DNA of 64,000 nt from Lingula anatina (taxonomy: Eukaryota; Animalia; Brachiopoda), in the NCBI GenBank assembly GCA_051362555.1, contig CM120640.1, positions 71,402,788 to 71,466,787 on the forward strand, written 5' to 3'. Shown here piece by piece: positions 40,025-54,274 of this stretch (positions within the stretch are counted from its first letter, which is position 1; each line of letters begins with the position of its first letter). The translations under genes were made by a program, and so were the position numbers. The notes beneath the pieces were generated by a model, which was not told the origin of the DNA, did no database searches, and saw only the letters and a program-made list of their open reading frames with translations.

Positions 40025-41695
40025 TAAGTCACTTTTTGTCTACATATCCTGCAAAACTACTTATCTTTCCCGATTCGGACTTTCAAAACAATAATACCCC
40101 TCAAATTAGAATTCCTGATGTAGGCATATCCTTATGAAATGTACAGGGAGATCTGCCAGTTAAAACTAAATCATTTTATGAAAATAATGGTATAAAACGC
40201 CGATTTGCAAGAACGGGCCTGGGTAGCAATAATGCTTATGTACGAAAAATATCTTTACATAGGAAAATTTGATTTGTCCGGAGAGCCCCATAAAGGATAT
40301 ACCCTCTACCAGGGCGACTGATAGATTTTTACGGATATTCACAGATATGTCTCTAGCTAGATAGATTGTCATTTTCAGCTGAAGTCATGACTTCATGTCA
40401 TGTCGAGGGTATAAAGGATATATCTTTATATAAGAAGTGGTAGCATATCAAGTATTATTTAGTATGTATACATGTTGTTTGCAAAATATGTTTGCAATAT
40501 GACCGACATGACGGACACAGCCCGTTTCCTTTCAACTAATTCATCTGATTTGTAAAATCGTAAATGCTTAGTCTACGTGCATGAAATACTTAGTAAAATT
40601 GAATGGAAACAATTTAAAACGGCTCCATTTTTTATGTCAAATATCCGAAAACCTGACCCCCGACCTCAACCGCCCACACCTGGTTATGGCGCAACACTAA
40701 AATATGTGGGGGAAAAATGAAAGATTTATTTTAGAAGGAAATAAAATAATGAGGGAAAGATATATTAAAACAGTAATTTGCTGTAGGAGAAAACGCTAGT
40801 AACAAAACGTACGTTTATCGAGTGTTTGACTCTTGGATGCCCTCATTTATATTGCCCTCTACCAGGGCCACAGATTGATTTTTCACTAGAAATTCACAGA
40901 TAATGACGTCATTGGCTAAATATAGTCAATCTTCTGACAGTGGCTATAATATCTGCCGCCCTGGACAGAAAACGCTTTTAAATGCCAGATACATAAAAAT
41001 ATATTAGCATTATTTCAGAATATTTTACTCTCCAACTGATTTACTAAACATTCTCTAAATGTTAAAATGAGAAAATTAGAATGAGAATGTATTGGTTTTA
41101 TTGGTGTCTGAAACCTACTTTGAGTATTTTTCTCTGAATTATATATATGTGATTTAAAACTCCGATGTCACCGTTCAAAGACAGTCTGATAGCACCTCTC
41201 TCCATCCACGTCAGACTCGGGCGGTAAAGAGTGAGGAAATATCTATTTGCCATGAATAAAAAGTATGGTATGAAAGTAGGCCCTATAGTGGTAAAAAAAT
41301 GGACGAGGATTGTTATTTTTGACGTTTAGGCCAACTCAAATGTGTTACCAAAGCATTGTCTTGTAAAGTTTAAAACATTAAAGGTAGACTTTGAAAAAGT
41401 TCCAATGTCAGATTTTTCTATGCTCACCAAGCTGTAAAGTTATGTACATGTATCTTTCCCAGTCTCTCCTTGAAGAACGATATAACCACTTTAATTAAAA
41501 GTAAGGACTGATGTCGCCATATCTTTAATTTAAAGAGTTAAATTATTTAATCAGTAATGGTATAAAACATCGAATTTAATTCATAAGTGCAGAGATGGGT
41601 CAAGCATATTAATTTCCTTTTTTCAAGGAAAATTCGATTTTGCGGGGAATCCCTTGGCAGGATACCGTAAAATAGATAATACATGTACCTGCTCT
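40025..41695 (-). pseudogene. Two decayed, mutually similar exon-like segments (about 40025-40380 and 41428-41693), possibly ANF-type receptor ectodomain relics
   Basis: Shared blocks tatctttccc, taatggtataaaac and aggaaaatt(t/c)gattt. The translation EGISFMGLSGQIKF..LQIGV resembles the SFxGxSGxxxF motif. In-frame stops are present. Confidence 0.35.
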
Positions 41696-42438
41696 GAAAG
41701 TTCAAAATGTTTAAAATGTGTTTGTTAGTTGTCAGTTAATCTGGAAAACAACTGCGCAGAAAACAGCCGAAGAAGACATGCATTTGCAGAACATTTTTTA
41801 TTTCGCTAGAGACCGAAAAACAAAAGAAAATGTAAAGGTGAATATTCATTCCGTTTCAGATGCGTCAATGGTCCGTGACGATTCGATAATCCAATGCTTT
41901 CAAGTCAGTTTCATTATAAAATGAAAACGGATCCGTCAGGCATGTAGGCCTACAGTTGTCACCGAGTTGTGATAGATCTCTCAGTCTGGCAGGGTGCGGT
42001 TAAATCACCCCACGATAAATTATTATAACTGAAATACACACAGAACTAATGTTTTGTTAAATGGCATAATGCCTTTCAAACAGTTATAAAACCAGGCACT
42101 TGCAGGGCTATTGGATACAGCCTCCACAACAGAACACCGGCTGATATTTGTATTTATGTTTATTTACCTTACCTGGTTTCTCTGTTTGTTTAGCTTAGGC
42201 GCTATTAACAATTGCCTTGAATAAATTGATATTTATATATTTCACATTAAATTCAGTGGTATTTAAGAACAAAAATGTAACTGTGTATTTTTAACTTGAA
42301 ACATGTAATTTTAACATCGAATTTTTGGTTTTTTATAGTGTACGTCAAAACAGGACAGTGGCAAGCTGAATGGCAGGAATGAAGCTTGGTTTGCACTAAG
42401 CGACAGTGTCACGTGACATGAGTTAGAGACGAGCCGCC

Positions 42439-45182
42439 ATGGGAGGCAGTGATTCAGAGATGGGCGTCGTGGAAAACGCTTCTGATCTCGTTCAAAAAGT
42501 GGCCTCAGGGGGAATTTTTACTCCACAAGAACCAATAGACATCAAAATAGGATATTACGCCGTGCTTAGCACCATTTTGTTCTTCCAGCTCTTAAATCGA
42601 GTTCTCATCTACACCGGAGTTCCAAAGAATGCTCAAGACGAGCCGTGGAAATGGAGGAATCTGTTTGTCTCATGGGTTCACGCCCTGATCTGCGCCATTT
42701 GGGTGTTGAGCTGGTATGTCCTTGTATATACGTTGTCTACTGCATGCAGTGAAGGGGGAAGTCGGTATTTCATTGAGGGTTCTTCTACTTAATGTGATAT
42801 GTTCCCAAACTCTAGATGATTAATGTCGAGTACCGTAACATTAACTTGAACGAGTTATAGAGAACACGGTGCTTTCATATTTCTGACTGGCAAACTTATA
42901 CATGTATATATTCATTTTGTTTCAGTTTCGTCGTCTTACCCGAGATGGTGGATGATCTGGTGGGGCATTACACCATGTATTCGTATTTGCTTGTATGTTT
43001 TTCTGTAGGTGAGTATTGATTATGGTAACGTTATTATCTGGCATTGTGGAGTCCAATATGTAATATTCTGGCATTCTTATTTACACTTTGACACATAACA
43101 TATACCCCTACTCAGTGCCTTATTTTCAAAACACTTGGCAAACATTGCACTGAATACCAATATGTATATATCACACAATAATTAACCTTCACTAGGGATT
43201 GAGTTAACTGTCACTTCACAACAGCCATTATACACATATGCACAGGCAGAAATGGGATTATTTGGACAAGATCTTATAGTGCATTTATAAGGTAAAAGAT
43301 CAGTTCATCAAGTGTAGAAATGCTGACCTGCCATGATGATGTTGACAAGAGAAGTGCATAAGATCTGGTGCCTTGTGAATATGAATAAAATCTTCAGCAT
43401 CTGACTGTTTCTTACTTCACCATAATGATCCAAGTCCAGTAGGGCATTGGGACTAGAGGGAGTAGGGAGTTACTACTATTGAATTAAACTTTATTTATTC
43501 CAGGTATTTTAACTGAACACTTTCATTGCTCTGTGAGTAAATTCCAGTATGACAAAAGAAAAGCTGTTAATAAAAAACTGAGAAATTGAAATTTTAATAA
43601 GTGAAAGTGTTTTTTGTATTTAACATGTGTTTAAAATCTTAAACTCTGTCCCTATAAATGTGTTAATTATAGATATTATCATTATTATTATACTTCAGGT
43701 TACTTCATATATGATTTTGGAGATATCCTGGTAAATAAACACATGTTGAAGATGTGGGAGGTTCAGGCACACCATATAGCAGTGAGTACACATTAACACT
43801 GGGTTCCCATACCCAGATCAATCTAACAGGATCGATCCGCCTCAGAGAGGTTTCTCGCTAAATTGCTTTCAGCTTAAGCGGCTTAGATGTTTGGCATGCC
43901 TACTGAAGCTGCTAAATGATAGTTACCCTCTAACAGCTTCAGGTGGCATGACAGACATCTAAGCCGCTTAAGTAGAGTGCAATTTGTCAAGAATCCGTTT
44001 GGAGATAGAACAATCCACAGTTAGTACAATAGGGTCTGGGAATGGTCCCTAAGATGAATGTCAAACACACATAGCAGAACAGCGATGATATACAGAGCAT
44101 ATATCCTGTGCTAAGTTTGGCAGCAGAATTGACACAAATTTCAGTTTTAGAAATGCTTAATACATTGTGTCTCTGAATGGCCCTGTTACTGTATACTTCT
44201 TATACAGCCTGTGAATACCTGAAGATCTGACGCCGAGTCTTCTGACACTGTCTCCTATACCAAAGCCTGCATCATATTAATCTGTCGGCTCTCCTTCTTT
44301 CCTCTAATGATAAACTTCTGCATTCAGGCATGGCTAAAAATGTTTCAGTCACAAACCACTGATCTGTAATTAGTTAATTAATTAATTAGTTACTAGTAAT
44401 TAATTGATTAATTGCAATGATTATTCAAATAGGCAATTGTAAGCATGACATTTATTCATCAAAAGTTCAGTTTTTACTTTCACTTTATGTTACTATGGTA
44501 TTATATTTCAGTTGTCATTGTGCACAGAGACAGTATTATTTGAATTGTGATTTGTTATACTGATTTTAGCAGAACATTTTTATGCTGTAATATTTATATA
44601 TATGATTGGCACCATTTGTAAGGCTTTCACATTGGACAAACATTTTACGTTTCTGTTCTTTTCCTGTTTGTTGACTTATTATTCTGTTATATGTTTTGTT
44701 TTATTTATTTTCAGATAAATGTAACCTTTGGTTACCATGTGCTCTACTGCACGTGTATAGGCTACAATGTGGTGGCTTTATTAGCTGAGGTGAACACAGT
44801 TTTCCTCCACACACGCAAGCTTCTACAACTGTCTAAAGTAGATTACAACCATTGGGGGTATCGCCTCAATGCAGTTGTGAACATTATCACCTTTGTAGTA
44901 TGCCGGTTTGGAGGGCTCATTCGTATCTACTATGGTATGGCTACGGAGGCGGACCGCGTGACCCCATTCTACTGGTGGATGCTGGCGGCCAGTATGTTTT
45001 GCATGACTGTTATGAACCCCATTCTGCTCTGGAGGCTCTTCAAGAACGATTTCCTCAGGTCAGACTATAAGTATAAGAAGCAGAGGAATGGAAACAACAA
45101 TGAAATAAGAGCCAAGCCAGAAATCAATGGAAACACAGAAGTCAAGAATGGCTACATGAAGGCCTCTGTCAAGTTAGAGTAA
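42439..45182 (+). CDS. TLC (TRAM/LAG1/CLN8) domain membrane protein, TLCD1/TLCD2-like; exons 42439-42712, 42926-43008, 43699-43781, 44715-45182
   Basis: WKWRNLFVSWVHA, FSVGYFIYD, HH, LLAEVNTVFLHTRKLL, FVVCRF and MNPILLWRLFKNDF motifs. Confidence 0.9.
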
Positions 45183-48100
45183 ATCAGCAAGACTTGGATA
45201 TATCAAAGGAGAGACACAGACACATTTAGTTTTATGTGAAGTTCAAGTGTGATCAGCACAAGATCTACTGCTGGGGGGAGTTATGATGGAGAATACTGTC
45301 AGGTAGCTGCATGGCAGCTTTGCCATTTCTAGAGGAAATTCCTAGAAAACGAGGGGACACTTTGGTCCACCCTTGACCTAGAAGTGGAGACCCCATTGCA
45401 GACAAAGATAATCAAGAATCTGGGTGAGGGTGAAATGGTTCAAAGGCCCCCGCTATTTTTAGACAGACAGCTGTCCTCACATCTATATGGTTGACATGTA
45501 GAAAACTGATATTTTTCAAGTTTTTTAAGTGTAACATATATTTGTATTTTGATCAGTTTATTTGAGAAAATATACAAGTCTTTAGTGGCTGAGCAGTAGT
45601 TTTTTTTTTGTACTGGAATCTCGATGACTACCAAAGTAAGTCAAGTGGAAACAGGTCATTTTATTTTCAGTGTCAATATGTAGTTTTAATAAATGACAGA
45701 GAATACAATAGAAGAAATACACTCCATCCGTTGTATATCTAGGTAGTGCAACTAGCAGATAAACATTTTCAACATCTCCATTAATGTATCAACTGAATTG
45801 TAAATATAAAGAGCTAAGCTGAAGTAAGACCTGGTTTTAGATAATTTGAGAGGTACAATAAGCTTTGAAAATATTTTAATGACCAAAATATGATTTAGAA
45901 TTATTTTGAGCATATGATACATATTTACACCGGTGAAAAAAGTCCATCTCTTTTGCAGTTTTTAGATTGATCTTGTGTAAAGCATATATGGCAAATTTAT
46001 AGTTTCAAAGTAAACTTAGTTTTGTTAATGATGTTATGACCATTATGTGTCTTCAAGATGTCACATTTGAAACATTTTGACATCGATTCTAAAGAATTAA
46101 AATGCTCTTTATAATCATGACAAAGATTTTGATAATTCGTGAAAGGTAAAATAAATATTTAGAATAAAGGCAAGATAACTTGATAAGTTGGATAACGAGC
46201 AAACAAGCAATCGGGGTTGGAGCACATTTTTTTCATGATGCTTGATGGGCATAGCAGCTAAAATTTGTGGTCTGTTTGTGTTTCTATTATTTTTTAATTG
46301 GGTGTATTGGTGTGTGTCAAGCATAAAAACAAAAGGTTTTTCTTTGGGGTCAATAAAAAATTTCGGTTCTTGAACCTATGCCCACTGCTTTTCTTTAAAA
46401 AAAAAAATCAGACCTGTTCCCTAAGAAATGGGGTAGGTCACACTTGTTCACCAACTTATCATTTTTGTCTAACCTAAGAGTGATTTATCAAAAGTGTAGT
46501 CAAAATCCACTACACAGAGTATTTGGAGCCTGTTATTTACCTCTATGCTTTAGAAAACCTTAGGGTGGTGTCTGTAGTAGAAATAACACCTGTCAGCCAT
46601 CACTAATCATGTTGTCTAGACTCAAACAGATTAGGAATGGATGTGTAATTCAAACATTTCTGAAGGGCTCATCAAAATGAAATGAAGTGATCAAATTTCA
46701 GTTATTTTTTCAAGTTTATATGTATATATATTTGAAAAGTGAGATGTACCACAGGTCACATGTGCCTTGCAGTGTTTGGGGGGGGGGGGGGGAGGGGGTG
46801 AAGATTGTGAATGAAGTGATAATCTGTATCACACTGTTAAATGCTTGGCATAGTTTGTATTATGTAGCAACAGTAATTACACACCAAGTTACAATGGTGA
46901 TGATACAATATTTAATGTTGCTGTAGCATGACTGAGGTATTACAATTGGGTCTTATAAAAAATAACAGAAAATTTCAGCATCTTTCCTGTTTGTATCAGT
47001 CATTACTGAGAGTTGGCAGTCAATGGCTGGATTAATACATACATATATTGTGGAGGCAAAAAAGTTCTGGAATGTATACTTAGACATAGCCCAATTTTAC
47101 AGGGTATGTTTTTAACACTGAAGACCACACCACATGAAGTGCTGGCCTTTGGTGACAACTTCAATGTTTTTTATGCTTATAACAACTGAAGAAAACCTTT
47201 GGCATTGAGACAAATGCTGAATGGAAGTGTTATATATATTGTCTTCTAAGCTGGCAGAACCAAGCTTTCTTGTTTATCTTTATTGAAAAAAGGCTTTTAC
47301 ATAGCTGTGGCGATTGCCTTGGCATTCTGAAAAGGGAATGGGACGGACATGGAGCTTTGTAATTTTAAAAATAGATCAAACTTCGCGCCTGCTGCTCACT
47401 CGTGGGGCCATTGTCATGCCCAGAAAATCAAGTAACATAGCACTTAGATTTTGTAGTTTGTATATCTAATATTGTGATAATAAATTATTTGAACTAAACA
47501 TGCACTGTTGTCATTATTTAAAATCCTAAGTATACATGTTAGAAAATTATCAGTTAATATTTTTGTGGAAATTCAATCGACAGTCATTTCAAAATATGTT
47601 GTAGTATAACAATGGAAAAGCACATTAAAAATGAAAATCAGTTTGAGATTAACAGGCTTTATTTTACTGGCAAACGTATAACATAAAATGCATCGAGATG
47701 AAACCTTCACAGTTACCTGCAAATGTGCAGACCTTTCAACACAGACATAACAGGAAAAGGGTTTTCACATTGGTGTTGTGAAGAACATCTCACTTGAAAT
47801 GAAGGTTGATGTACTCATCCTACGTTGGTTTCAATGTAAACACACATTTGGTATCAATGAATCAAATTCTATCATTAAAATTCGACTTTCATAATGGCTT
47901 ATTTTGTTTGAGTGTTTTATTATCATAATTAACATTAAAAATGACTGTACTGAGGCTCTGATGATGATTCGGTTTGTTACACCTTTGAGCACGATTTGAA
48001 GTAAATGTAAAGAAATGGATTCAAAGGCAGAGTATACACTTCAGATACAAAATGGTCCTGGGGCCGTTTTCACATGTAAAAAACTTCTGCCATATTTTGT

Positions 48101-50591
48101 CACAAGATAAAGCAGTGGTAGTAGTATTTACTACACCAGTTTTTACGGAAAGACATGTTGTACATGAATAGATTTATCTAGAACTTAGGTTGTGACATTT
48201 TAGTTGGAAGTTATTTTATATGTGAAATTGTCTCCAGGACATTCTGAAGTTGGAAGTTGAGGTCAGGAAAATAAAAGGAATAGGGATAGAATGTTAGAAT
48301 ACCATATCGAAGCTTTAGCCTACATCATTTGGTCATGTAATTATTACCTTTGGCATGGCTTATCTCTAGATACAGTCTTAAAAACTACAGGAATGACTAC
48401 CTTCAGTGTGCTTACTAAACTCCTGCCAGCTAATGTGTGATATGTTCACACCAAGTGAAGAGTTCCAATCAGGTGGGATGCACAGGACACCTGTATCATA
48501 GTTACAAGACACTGGCTGAGATGAAAATGTAGCACCTTAGAAATGCCCAAATGCCTTGTCTACATTTTAACACGGACAAAAAATCTATTTATTTCCTCAT
48601 AATATCAAATCAACAAAGATGCTATAAAATTGGGGTGGATAACTGACGTAAGTCCTAGGTACCATTCCCACAGATATTTGGATCGATCTATCTCCCTGGG
48701 GAGTATCACTATATAGCTATCAACTTAACCGGCTTAAATGTGTGTCACGCCAAGTAAATCTGTTAGGGAGTTATTATCTTTACCCTACAGTACCTGATTT
48801 GGTAGGCGTGACAGACATTTAAGCCAGTGAAGTTTATAGCAATTTAGTGAGACTCCCCAGGGAGATAGACTGATCCAGATGGATCAATCTAGGCATGGGC
48901 ATCCTAGTAAATGGAGAGTATGATGCCCAGATACTGAAGACACCACACTGAAATGAAATGCTGGATGTAACAGAACCACTCCGTGATCTCATGCCAGGTT
49001 TGAGCAGGATGGATCTGTTCTCCAGCCTCCTTCAGCCATTAAGACCCTGTTCCCATAACTTGATCAATCTAGTGGGATCGGACCATCTCCAAGGAGATTT
49101 TCACTAGATTGCTTTCAGCTTAAGCTGCTCTGATGTCTGGCACACCTTCTGAAGCTGCAAGGAAAAAATTATCTATTGCTTAGCAGCTTCAATTGACGTG
49201 CAAGACATGTAAGTCACTTAGCTGAAAACAGTTTAGCGAAAATGGACCAATCTCGCTAGATGGATCTAGGTATGGGAATGGGGTGTAAGACATTTTACCA
49301 GTGAATCTCTTATAAACACATATATAACTAAGAGGTAAGAGGGACACGTGTGCCACCACATAACCTCTCCTGCTCTGTAGGCTGGTGGTACAATGACATA
49401 CATACAGCAGTGCTTGAACAATAACATTGTGACCACTTTCAGAGTTGGCATTTAAAAAGAAAATTATGTTCATTTTGTTTGTCTCCAATATCTTCCATGA
49501 TATTCTTGTGGTGAATTTCTTCACCTGATATTTGTGATATTTAAAAATATGGTGACATGTTTTCACATTAACAATTACTTTTCTCTGCTTACCATTTATT
49601 ATCTTAGGATAACTATTGACTAAAGCATGTAGAATACTCCATGGTAGGCTTATCTAGTAAAAGTAAATAAATACAAAAGAATTCTATTTACAAAAAGGGA
49701 GTGCAAACTACACTATAAATACATTTTAAAAACACTTAAAATGAGTGGACATGTCCATAACAACAAAATGACATTACATACAATTTTCAATACAAAAATA
49801 AACTTGCAATAAATTCCAATATTCCACAAATAACATATTAATGCACCATTATTTACCTAGCATCAATTTCCCCTCTTCGCCACCTGATTCCTTTTTTTTT
49901 TTTTTTGTGAACTCATATTTTTGTATGTTTTAGATACATGTACATTAAATACTCAACCTTGTATTTCAGACTGCAAGTTCATATCTTTCCTGTAGTTACT
50001 AAGATATACAATGTTATGATAAGTGTTACCTTGATAATATTAACTACACTATGCTTGCAGCGCCATCTATCTCAGTGTAGACAGAACACCACCCTGGATA
50101 CGTCCTGCTGATCTCTTGGCATATTTGGTAGCAATTTCATTCTACTACAGCTCATTTGGAGAATCCTGTCTTATATATGTTATAATGATCTAATTTGCTA
50201 GACAGCAGATTCCCTGGATATCCAGGTGTTGTCTTATTGTTGAAGGCACATTATGAGCAATAGACAATTATACAGAAAAATTTTATATCTTCCTAGAAAT
50301 TTCAACACATTCCTTATCTGCTATGATTCACTATTTTCAAAACCCGTATTTACGTTCTAAGTATCTCAAAATATTTGGGTTGATTAATTTTCTCAACAAG
50401 AAAGAGCAAAATGCATTACAATTCTTTCTGTTGAGCATTTTCACTTTACAAAACCTAGTTGTGAATAAAAGATACTCTGGCAATCCAAGTACTAGTAAAA
50501 ACAACCTTTAATAAAAGTATAAGGATAATAACAGTATGAGCACCCTATCTCCCCAGTACCATCTTGATGTCTTGAACTAGACCAGTCCTGG

Positions 50592-53500
50592 TCAGTCTGT
50601 TTTCTTGAGTTTTCCTTTCCTGAAGAAGTCACTGTAGAGGATTCTGCAGAAGAGCACTATGTTCATGACGGTCATGATGGCCATTCCCACACTTCCCAAG
50701 GTAAACATCAGGAAAGGTACCTTATCTCTGTTATAAACCAACCAGCGCGTCATCCAAGCCATTGTGGATATTCTGAACATTATAAAAGTACCTGGAGAAC
50801 AGAAAGAGAACAACTGAGAATATAACAACACAATCCAATGGAAAATGCTTTATTAGTTTTAAATTTTGTCTCAATAATATTTAAATGAAAAATTGATCTG
50901 GCACGGAAAAGCATTAAACTACGCAATTATGAAGACTATAGCCACTGTGAAATAAAATAAAACATGCTGTCGAATACGTTCAATGATAAAACAAAGTGTG
51001 TAAATCTGAAACTTCAATTAAGCTATAGTAAAATTACACAAGGCAAAATTTGAAATATGGAAACAAAATGTAAATATAATCTTTAGCAAGTAGCTGAGCC
51101 CAACTGTACCTTGCTACAAGATGCGTATTTTTCTTATATGTCGCTAGCAACCCAGGGAAATGTTCAACTCTTTCACAGTTCAGCGCTTTCCTTGGTGAAA
51201 AATCTCACTCAGTCAAGAGGATGCTGACTATGAAATGTCTCCCATCACTTACCTATGTTGATCAGACTGGTTAGGCGATAGATACTGCTTGTTTTGGGGA
51301 CTTTGCAGATTAGCAGCAACTGCCTTATATGTAGAAATATACTGTTTAATTCTACAATCAAAGCTACCACGGCATAGCCCATGTAACGGTGATAGACCAC
51401 TGCTACACCAAAGCAAATAATACCCTAAAATAAAATAAAACACAAAATAAAACAGTATGAAAACAAACTTCATGCAACATAGCTCAGCACAATAAATCAA
51501 CTAAATAAAAGTGCTTTGAAAGACAATCAGAGAGGCACAGACCACCTCCTGAGTTTTGTACCACCAACTACAACTGAGTTTACGGGGCACAATCACCAAA
51601 ATATTTATTTCATTGTCTTACATACCAAATTCTTATATACATATAAAGAAAAACTACTGATATAAAATTTTTGCAGATGATAATACATCAACATGAAACT
51701 GTAGGTTAACACTTCCTGACTGAATTGGCTGACAACACTTTTGTAATTATGGTAATCTGTCCTTTTTTACAGTTCAAGCCTTATATATGGATTAGGCATT
51801 TATAAACACTACCCGCAGATCTTTTAGCACCAACACCAATCACCACCACTACCAGAGCGGATGAATGTTAGTGCTAGGTATCGTTTGTAATTGTACAGTA
51901 TGTTGGTTAATTTGTGGGTTTTGTGGTTATAGGGGCATTTGTGCTAAAAGACCTGTGGGTAGTGTTAGTAAACACCTAATCCTTTATAAGACCAGCAGTT
52001 GTTTAACTTATAAACCATTTCATGGTTAATAACCCCTTCTTATGAACATCACATAGCCTAGATCAAAGTATTCATAGTACCAAGTGAAGATATATTACAG
52101 CTATAAAATCTGTGGAAATGTAGAAAACACAACTGGCTACTAGTACAGTGTTTTATCATTATTTGTTATTGGTTAGGGATCATGACCAGTGCTGCACTTA
52201 CTGGCAATTGAGGACTAGTAGTAAGAGCAACTTGGGCTTAGCCAAATATCTGTTTTCATTTGAGAGTAGGCATATTATATTACATCATTGGCTAAAAGCA
52301 TATTTAGAATTACATTATTTTCTATTGGACATTTTTATCTAGTCAAGTAGATTACAATGAAAAAAGTACAGTATATCAATCATGCTTTTCTCTCCACCCC
52401 ATGTAGACAACACTGCTGAAAGTGAAACTTGAAAGTATAACAAACAACTTGTAGGAAGTGAAAGAAAGTCAATATTTGCTAATTAAACTTGGCAATATCA
52501 AAAGTTTCCAACAGTTTCCTGCATGATGGCTACAGTCACTTCCGGGCCAGTTTCAGATTGCCATTGTAGTAAACATTACTGGAGACTAAATGTTTGTTTT
52601 ACAGGTCCTCTGTAGAAGTTACAGGAAATAAAGAGCCAATATATAGAACTAGTATTTTGTAATCAAATACATCACTGCCATGGTAATATAGTACAATATA
52701 CATAAGGAAAATGGACATGATACATGTTAAGATATACAAAAGATTGCTATAAATTACTATAAGTAACTGGCTCGCGCTGCCAGTAATTACGCGGCGGGAT
52801 ATTCAGGGCACAGACCGTGATCATAAGATAGCGCGAATAGAAAATAGATTTTTAGAAAATAGACATTCCATGTGAACGAAGCCTAAGATGTGATACCTCC
52901 TCTTACTAGAGTCAACAACGACCCTTACAACAGTGGTCTATATAATCCAAGGCTGACTTCAAACATTACTGTACACTGAACACACTCACTAATATAACAC
53001 AGCATTGATAATAGTCAGAAGATTAAATTGTGTTAAATTTTGTTTTATTTGCTTAAGACTTGGTTATCTTGCTGACAAATGCACACACACCGATGCTAGT
53101 AGGGTCCTCAGACTACAGCAGGTCTTACTGACATATATATAAGGCCCCATTCAGAATGGATGATCTGAGTACTTACTGACCTGCTGACTAAATATGGCCA
53201 ACCCAGTTCAAAAGCGATGCCGCCGATTCCTGATGGTCTCCCCCTCCACACGCACTGTGATATTTAATCTCTTTAAATGCACATGTGGAGGCGAGGCGAC
53301 CATCAGAAATCAGCAGGATGGCTTTTGAACTGTGGTCGGCCATATTTAGTCGGGGATCAGTAAGTACTAGGATTATCCATTCTGAATGGGACCTACGATA
53401 AGATGTTGGTTCTTTAGAAGGCATCCATATCTACCCGCATATCTCGCATACCTCAGGTGATACCACAAGATGCCAATTTTGTCACGACACCATTATCTAA

Positions 53501-53698
53501 ATAGCTACACCAAAGTTTCTGCCCCACTCTTAGACAAATAACAGAAGGATAAACAGAAATGTTCATAAATAATAACTCAAAATTCAATTCCCAAAACTAA
53601 AAGGGTTTTTTCCCCCCAAAATTTAAGTCTCATACCATGTGATCAGTTTCTAATCCATTTTACATATCAGGTTTACAAGCCAGCACCCATGGTCCCCC

Positions 53699-53751
<53 letters not shown>

Positions 53752-54219
53752 CACCCCAAATTATTTGAAAGTAAAGTCAAGTTAGCATGAACTGGGCCAT
53801 ATGTGCCACAATGTGAATTGAAACCTTCTGCAAGTCAAATCAGGACTACTGGTGATACATACAAAACAAAGTGCTAAGTGGTAGAATCACATCTCTGGTA
53901 TCAGTATTAGAATCATTACATCTTTGCTATCAGAGTGTTAGAATCATTACTTCTTCATTATCAGAGATCAATATATTTTTCTATGATTCACATTTATATG
54001 TGACAGGCTTGATCTGAATGTGTCTTTGCATTGTTAACAGCTCAGTGAACATGTTAACTGGCCAAGTGATTTACAGGTGAGCTGGTAGTTTGTTTATATG
54101 GCATGTTTGTATGGCAAGTGAAATTTAATAGTTGATGTTATACATGTCTAGGTATATTTTAAACTTAAGGTCTGGCAAAGGAAATTAAGCTGTATTAATT
54201 TTTTTTTCTTGTGGTTTAT

Positions 54220-54274
<55 letters not shown>

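Noticed and set aside
42407-42418. TGTCACGTGACA palindromic E-box/CLEAR-like site before the TLCD start codon
   Set aside because: A single short motif, probably within the transcribed UTR; function cannot be supported.
53451-53530. Possible poison exon in the TLCD intron (minus strand, AG...GAG|GTATG)
   Set aside because: Splice-like signals alone are common; there is no other support.
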